A stretch of DNA of 64,000 bases, from positions 384,001 through 448,000 of the forward strand of contig CAXWPH010000014.1 in assembly GCA_963666055.2 (NCBI GenBank), in the 5' to 3' direction. The notes under the pieces were generated by a model. It searched no databases, was not told the DNA's origin, and saw only the letters and a program-made list of their open reading frames with translations. The translations under genes were made by a program, and so were the position numbers. The first letter of the stretch is position 1. Each line of letters begins with the position of its first letter. Origin of the DNA: Acidobacteriota bacterium. Its GTDB lineage: Bacteria > Acidobacteriota > UBA890 > WLXD01. This document shows positions 58,521 to 64,000 of the stretch, in pieces.

Positions 58521-58853
58521 CTAGTTCGCTTCGACGATGCGTTCGACGGCACCCGCGAGCCGAGCCCAATGTTGCAGCTCCGTTCCCAGGCGGCGTTGCC
58601 CGGCGCGCGTGATCAAGTAGTAGCGCGCCCGCCGGTTGTTGTCGGTCACGCGCCATTCAGATTTGAGCCATCCCTGCCGGGTCAAGCGATGGAGCGACGC
58701 GTAGAGCGAGCCCTGGTTCACCTGAAGCTCATCCTCGGAGATCTGCTGAATGCGCTCCGAGATTCCCCATCCGTGAATAGGCTCGAGCGACACGACCTTG
58801 AGGATCAGCATGTCGAGTGTGCCCTTGATCATGTCGGGCTTCCGACTTCCCAT
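58521..58853 (-). CDS. PadR-family regulator (acidobacterial type)
   Basis: KGTLDMLILK..HGWGISERI..QGSLYASLHRL..NNRRARYY.IT. Confidence 0.95.
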   Translation of the reverse strand: MGSRKPDMIKGTLDMLILKVVSLEPIHGWGISERIQQISEDELQVNQGSLYASLHRLTRQGWLKSEWRVTDNNRRARYYLITRAGQRRLGTELQHWARLAGAVERIVEAN

Positions 58854-58925
58854 ACTCGCTCCATGTCCTGGTCGATGGCGTCCGTTCCCGGAGTTCCGCG
58901 CTTGTGCTCCACGGCGCTCGACACT

Positions 58926-58948
58926 CTCCTCTCGGTAAACAGGAGGAG
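58926..58948. promoter_or_regulatory. Imperfect palindrome upstream of padR; candidate PadR operator
   Basis: CTCCTC-tcggtaaacag-GAGGAG. Confidence 0.4.
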
Positions 58949-59017
58949 TCAATGATTGGACGCTACCACGAACCGAATGGTTGGATCTCGCCGCCGTGCC
59001 ACGAGTTCCTTGCTGGC

Positions 59018-59346
59018 GACTATTCCCAGTCCGTTACCGAGCGCCTTCATGAATTCGGGATCCGCAAAGCCCTCGGCGCCGAAAGCGCCGACGGGCTACG
59101 CCTGACCGTTCACGAAGGGCTCCGCATCGTCGCGTGGGGAGCGCCACTCGGCCTCTCGGTGCTGTGGCGTTGAGCCGAGCGCTAGCGGGACTGATCTATG
59201 GCATCCCCGCGACCGACCCTCTGACCCTCATCGGGGTGGCCGTGGGCCTGCTGGAAGTTGTCATGGCGGCAAGCTCGATTCCCGGCATGCGAGCCATGCG
59301 CGCCGACCCAGCGGCAGCGCTCCGCGACCGATCGGGATTAGCCTAG
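59018..59346 (+). pseudogene. Degraded 3' remnant of a third ADOP permease
   Basis: SQSVTERLHEFGIRKALGA.. frameshift ..LIYGIPATDPLTL..IPGMRAMRADPAAALRD. Confidence 0.82.
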
Positions 59347-59645
59347 TCTGATCAACCGCGGCAGCATTCGGTGATCCGCTCCGGGTGCATTTGGCAAGAG
59401 CTTTGGTCGCCGATGGTGCCGGGTCAGTCGGCCTGGTACACCGCCGTGCGACCCCAGAGTCGGCCGAACCTTCGCGACGACGAGCTGCCGTCGGTGCGAT
59501 TTCACTACGTGGTGAGAGCCCTTCTATTCCGCTAAGCTGAGCAGCTATTGCGCAGCACCGCCGACGGCAGGCCGGATCAGTGGAAGCGCTGGTCGTCGGC
59601 CATCGTGCTTGCTATCGATTCGGCCACGTCGAACCGAGAGCTCGA

Positions 59646-61814
59646 ATGCGTGACGTGTGGGCCCATCTCAAGGCCGACCCAATAATCAGAATCACGGGCC
59701 TGCTCCACATCGGCGTCGTGCTGGTGTACTGGACACCCTTGCTGTCGAGCCGGCAGCCGCCCAACCTCGATCACTAACCTGACATGGTTTCTTGCGTCCT
59801 CGCCGTCGGGGCACTTCTGTACGGAGTGAGACAGATCAAGCACCCGGAGGAACGAAGGTTTTGGTTATTGATCGCCTTTGGGCTCGCGGGCTGGTTGGTA
59901 GTCGAGCTCTTGTTATTCTTCGCGCCCGATGTTGAGGCAATGCAGCGCCAGACCAATGAGGGACTTCTGGCTTTGCTGTATTACGCAACGCTTTTCGTGG
60001 CAGTTGCAACGAACCCTCACCTAAAGCCCGGATGGAGCAGGGGAAACACACGGTATTGGACTGCGGGCGCCGCAAGCCTCGTCTTCGCACTGGGATCAAT
60101 AGCCTATGTTTTTCTCATTCAAACAAAATTCGTCCGCGGTGCTGAATCCTTTGTGCCGAATCAACTCACGTACCTTTTTCACGATCTCTTGGCCGCTGGA
60201 ACTTTCGCGTACCTCAGCAGAACGTGCGGGAGCATTCGTTGGAGAAACCTTTACGCCCTAATGGCAGTGGCGTCGGGTCTGTGGGTTTTTCGGACCTCTT
60301 CCGAACTCCTGGTGAATTCGGGCATAGTGCCGCTTGTATACGATCGAATGATCTTCAACTCTGTCGTGCCCTACCTGCCGATCCTCGCAGCCGCACGATT
60401 GCGGCACTACGCAGCTCCCCAACAAACGCCTGCCAAAGACGACCATCGGGTCTCTCGACAGAGTCCACTAAGACTTGGAGGCTCGCCGATCCTGTATCTC
60501 GCGGTAATCCCGGTATTACATTTCGGCGGCTACTGGACAGGTGTCTTTAATCCGGACGCGAGGCTATATCGAGAGTTCCTAGTACTGGCTGTGATTCTTG
60601 TCCTCGTAGTTCTAGCCTTCGTGAACCAGAAGCAGCTGGAGTCGGAGCGGCGAATCCTCGAGGAGCAGGCGCGCCAATCGCAGAAGATGGAAGCTGTCGG
60701 CACTCTTGCTGGAGGAGTGGCCCACGACTTCAACAACATGCTCACGGCCATCATTGGTAACGCCGAGCTTCTACGGAGCGACGATCTGAACCTCACCGAC
60801 CGGCAGCGCGCAGAGGTCGAGGAGATCAGGAAAGCCTCGGAGCGTGCCACCTCTTTGACCCAGCAGCTCCTGGCCTTCGGCCGTCGGCAGATGCTGGCGC
60901 CCGAGGTAGTCGATTTGAACGCCTCCGTGGCCGAAATGCAGAAGTTGCTCCGCCGCTTGATCGGCGAGGACGTCGAGCTGATCACCGAGCTCGACTCTGC
61001 GCTGGGCAGCGTCAAGGCCGACCCGGCACAGATCGATCAGGTGATCATGAACCTCGCAATCAACGCCCGAGACGCGATGCCCGAAGGCGGTGAGATCAGG
61101 ATCGGGACGGCGAACGCGGATGTGGACGAGGCCGAGGCACAAGTGCAGGACGGCATGGTGCCGGGCCGCTATGTGATGCTGGTGGTGAGCGATACGGGTT
61201 CCGGCATGGACGCGGAGACCCGGGAGAAGATCTTCGAGCCCTTCTTTACCACCAAGGACACGGGCGCAGGGACGGGTCTGGGACTATCGACGGTCTACGG
61301 GATCGTCAAACAGAGCGACGGCTTTATCGGCGTTGATAGCGAGCCGGGGCATGGCACGACGTTCAAGATCTACCTGCCGCGGGTCGATGAGCCCATCGAG
61401 CCGCCCGAACCCAGCACTGTCATCTCGCTGCAGGGCATGGAGACTGTGCTGCTGGTGGAAGACGAAGAGATGTTGCGCGCCCTGGCCCGCCAGGTCCTCC
61501 AGAGGAAGGGGCACCGGGTTCTAGAGGCGCCGGGGGGGCCAGAGGCCGTCGAGATCTTCGAGCGGCACGAGGGGCCGATCAACCTGCTGCTAACTGATGT
61601 GGTCATGCCGAAAATGAGCGGCCACGAGCTGGCGAAGCGGTTGACCATGCTGAGCCCGGAGCTGAAGGTGCTGTATATATCGGGCTATACGGAAGAGGCC
61701 CTCGTCGACCGCGACCTATCGAATCAGGGGAGGGCTTTCCTTCGGAAGCCGTTCACGTCGGACGCGCTGGCGCGCAGCGTGCGCGAGCTCCTGGAGCGTC
61801 CCGGCAACGGGTAG
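59646..61814 (+). CDS. Membrane hybrid histidine kinase (TM sensor-HisKA-HATPase-REC, CckA-like); in-frame TAA at 59775-59777 near the N-terminus
   Basis: [53 protein letters not shown]; same-frame upstream ATG at 59646, restart ATG at 59784. Confidence 0.9.
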
Positions 61815-62045
61815 AGCACGGCGCGCTACCCGTGCTCCTCGCGCCCGCGCGGTGCTGATGTCAGCCTGCCGGAGGCGCGGCGGGCGATCGAGGATACGGC
61901 GGGGGCGCGGAGGAAAGGATGAGCGACGGCGACACCGAAAAACCCCGGGCCATCCCGTGGCGTAAGTTCTTGGAGACTATTCCGCCGAACACACACCACG
62001 TGGTTTTGCACCTGACAACAAGGACGATCAGTGGGACCGGCGAGG

Positions 62046-62073
62046 GGAAGAAAGCCAGCGGGTAGCGCATCCA
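62046..62073 (+). promoter_or_regulatory. Possible ECF-type autoregulatory promoter giving a leaderless mRNA
   Basis: GGAAGA-N16-CATCCA, 7 nt before ATG 62081; no SD sequence. Confidence 0.3.
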
Positions 62074-62080
62074 ATCAACG

Positions 62081-62770
62081 ATGAGTCACGGCCAGATACC
62101 CAACGAGGCAGATGTCATTGCGGGCTGCAGGCGCGGCGCTCGATGGGCCCGGCAGGCCCTCTTCGAGCGCCATCACCGGGCGATCTACCGGTTTCTGATC
62201 GCTCAGTGCGGCGATACAGCGCTCGCGGAAGACATGACACAGGAGACCTTTCTGCGCGCTTACGAGGCCATGGCCACATTCCGGGGCGATGCGCGCGTGA
62301 GCTCTTGGATGACGCGCATCGCGCTGAACTGCCTGTATGAGGTACACCGACGCCGAGAGGTAAGGCGCCGCTACGTCGAGGGCATTCCTCGGGCTGATCC
62401 TCGGGGCGGCTGGGTCACGGGAGGCATCAGTCGCAGCGAGGAAGCGCGCTTGCAGCGCGATCTCGTCCGCCGAGCCCTGGCTCGGTTGGATCCCGACGAC
62501 GCCTCCATCATCGTGCTGCACGACCTGCAGGGCTACCGATACCGCGAGCTCGCTACCGCGCTGCAGATCGCCATTGGCACCGTAGGCTCGCGGCTGAGCC
62601 GCGCGCGCCAACGGCTGCGGGCCATCGTCAACGAGATTTCGCGACCGCCGGAAGAAAGCGACCTCGCTGCACATCCAACATCCGAATCCGAGGCAACGGA
62701 GTCGGGCGACGGGGTTGAAAGCAATTCACCGTCGACAGCATCCCATCGTGTGGTTTGGAGCGAGCCATGA
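62081..62770 (+). CDS. ECF sigma factor
   Basis: LAEDMTQETFLRA, SSWMTRIALN, LHDLQGYRYRELA..GTVGSRLSRAR. Confidence 0.93.
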   Translation: MSHGQIPNEADVIAGCRRGARWARQALFERHHRAIYRFLIAQCGDTALAEDMTQETFLRAYEAMATFRGDARVSSWMTRIALNCLYEVHRRREVRRRYVEGIPRADPRGGWVTGGISRSEEARLQRDLVRRALARLDPDDASIIVLHDLQGYRYRELATALQIAIGTVGSRLSRARQRLRAIVNEISRPPEESDLAAHPTSESEATESGDGVESNSPSTASHRVVWSEP

Positions 62771-63630
62771 GCAGTGCCCGCACACAGTGCGAAGAAGTCC
62801 GGGAGCTCGTTGGTGCGTTCGTCGATGGAGAGCTCGAGCGATCGTCTGCCTCGGCGGTTGAGGAGCATCTGATCGGTTGTCGCAGCTGCGCGCTGCTTCG
62901 TGACGACCTGGTGCGACTCCGTCAGGCCGTCGCAGAACTCGAGCTGCCCGAGCCGGAGCCGGTGAGGATGTGGGCAAACATCGAGCACCGTCTGGCGGAG
63001 CAAGAGCCCACCGCCGTTGGGGCATGGCTGGGCAGCGGACCTGGGGGCTGGAATCGGCAGTTGGTCCTCGCAGCCGCTACCTTCGCCGTCGCCTTTGGGT
63101 TGGGTGTGGCTTATCCCTACGTTTCGGCGCGGCTGCGTCAGCCGGCTCCGGCCACGTTGAATCAACCTCCCCTGACATTGACGGTTGGTGACTACGTGCA
63201 GCAGGTGTCGGGAGGATCACCCGACGCCTTCTGGATACGCTACGGGGCGATCGATACTCAGCCGGGCGCGCTCGCCGACAAGCTCGACTTTCGACCGAAC
63301 GTGCCCGATCGATTGCCGGGCGGCTTCCGAGTTACGAGCGCCAAGCTGCTCAAGGACGCGTGCTGCTACACGGTCCAACTTCGCTACGAGTCGCCGTCCG
63401 GCGTGCTCGATGTGTTCGAGTGCCACGATGATCACCCGGTGTCCTTTGGCGACGTGGAGGCTCGGCGAGCTGAGCTTTCGGGGCTCGCCTACACCAGCCT
63501 CCGTTGGGCCGGCACCAATCTCACGGCTCAGATATTCAACGACGACAACGTCAACATCATTGTCGTCGGCGAGCTCGAGCCAGACCTCGCCGACCGCGTA
63601 GTGCAGGGGTTCCGGGATGCGAGCGACTAG
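62767..63630 (+). CDS. zf-HC2 membrane anti-sigma factor
   Basis: CEEV..FVDGEL..HLIGCRSC; TM; extracytoplasmic domain with P..LPGGF and DACC. Confidence 0.88.
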   Translation: MSSARTQCEEVRELVGAFVDGELERSSASAVEEHLIGCRSCALLRDDLVRLRQAVAELELPEPEPVRMWANIEHRLAEQEPTAVGAWLGSGPGGWNRQLVLAAATFAVAFGLGVAYPYVSARLRQPAPATLNQPPLTLTVGDYVQQVSGGSPDAFWIRYGAIDTQPGALADKLDFRPNVPDRLPGGFRVTSAKLLKDACCYTVQLRYESPSGVLDVFECHDDHPVSFGDVEARRAELSGLAYTSLRWAGTNLTAQIFNDDNVNIIVVGELEPDLADRVVQGFRDASD

Positions 63631-64000
63631 GCTCCTCGTCTTTCTCGCCGTCGCGGGCGCCGCCTATGCGGCCGCCGTCTTCGACCCCCGGCCTTCCGGC
63701 GAGGGCGTGGCTACCTCTTCCCTTTCCCTACCCGCGGCTTTCGACCGTGAGCCTCTACCTGCCGGCTACGACGGCGTGGAGCTAGACGGGATGCCGTTCG
63801 TGGCCGCGGAGTTGCACGGAAAGGTCGTGCTGCTGGACTTCTGGGCGGTGTGGTGTGCTCCGTGCATCACCGCCGTGCCGAAGCTCAATGGACTGCAGGC
63901 AGAGTTCGGCGGCGATGAGTTCGAGGTGATCGGCTATGCCGTGTACTCCGGGCCGGGCGAGGACGTCGCCAGCTTCGCCCAACAACACGGCATCGAGTAC
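63617..64000 (+). CDS. TlpA-family thiol-disulfide oxidoreductase, runs off the window end
   Basis: Signal anchor MRATRLLVFLAVAG; GKVVLLDFWAVWCAPC; not in the ORF track because no stop lies in the window. Confidence 0.9.
   Translation, partial: MRATRLLVFLAVAGAAYAAAVFDPRPSGEGVATSSLSLPAAFDREPLPAGYDGVELDGMPFVAAELHGKVVLLDFWAVWCAPCITAVPKLNGLQAEFGGDEFEVIGYAVYSGPGEDVASFAQQHGIEY

Noticed and set aside
58952-59017. New gene starting at ATG 58952 after AGGAGG
   Set aside because: The peptide is unrecognisable and runs into an ADOP remnant; the AGGAGG is also half of the palindrome upstream of padR

Overview
GC-rich bacterial window. The ADOP permease/PadR pairs and the kinase-TM-PD40 beta-propeller proteins suggest an Acidobacteriota genome (inference). 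It has three zones. (1) 1-17.9 kb is intact, core-like DNA: the end of a glycan cluster (2 GT4s, flippase, GT-C-like membrane protein), ligA-CMD-hypothetical, a CmpX/MscS-like protein, M14 peptidase, beta-CASP MBL nuclease, dodecin, pncB, citrate synthase and DegP. (2) ~17.9-37.9 kb is a 20-kb array of receptor-like Ser/Thr kinases (kinase-TM-TolB/PD40 propeller), with five long copies (K1-K5), two 5' stubs and two 3' stubs. The copies share a repeated promoter/leader module and a conserved NWF(D/E)ELxRLVPT end, have mosaic constant/variable blocks, and are interspersed with unrelated cargo genes, gene scars and a candidate structured RNA. No recombinase is visible. This is the best candidate for an undescribed recombination-diversified sensor repertoire. 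(3) 38-64 kb is signalling-rich accessory DNA: GAF-GGDEF-degenerate HD-GYP plus a Xis-like HTH, MacA/MacB-like genes with no ATPase, an atypical sigma/zinc anti-sigma/CHAT protease operon (second candidate system), two more ECF operons, an S8 protease fused to a PadR tail, ADOP permeases, a hybrid histidine kinase and a TlpA. I saw frameshifts, nonsense codons and deletion scars only in zones 2-3; some may be sequencing errors. No rRNA, tRNA, CRISPR array or transposase was recognised. All family calls come from motif recognition by eye, not database searches.
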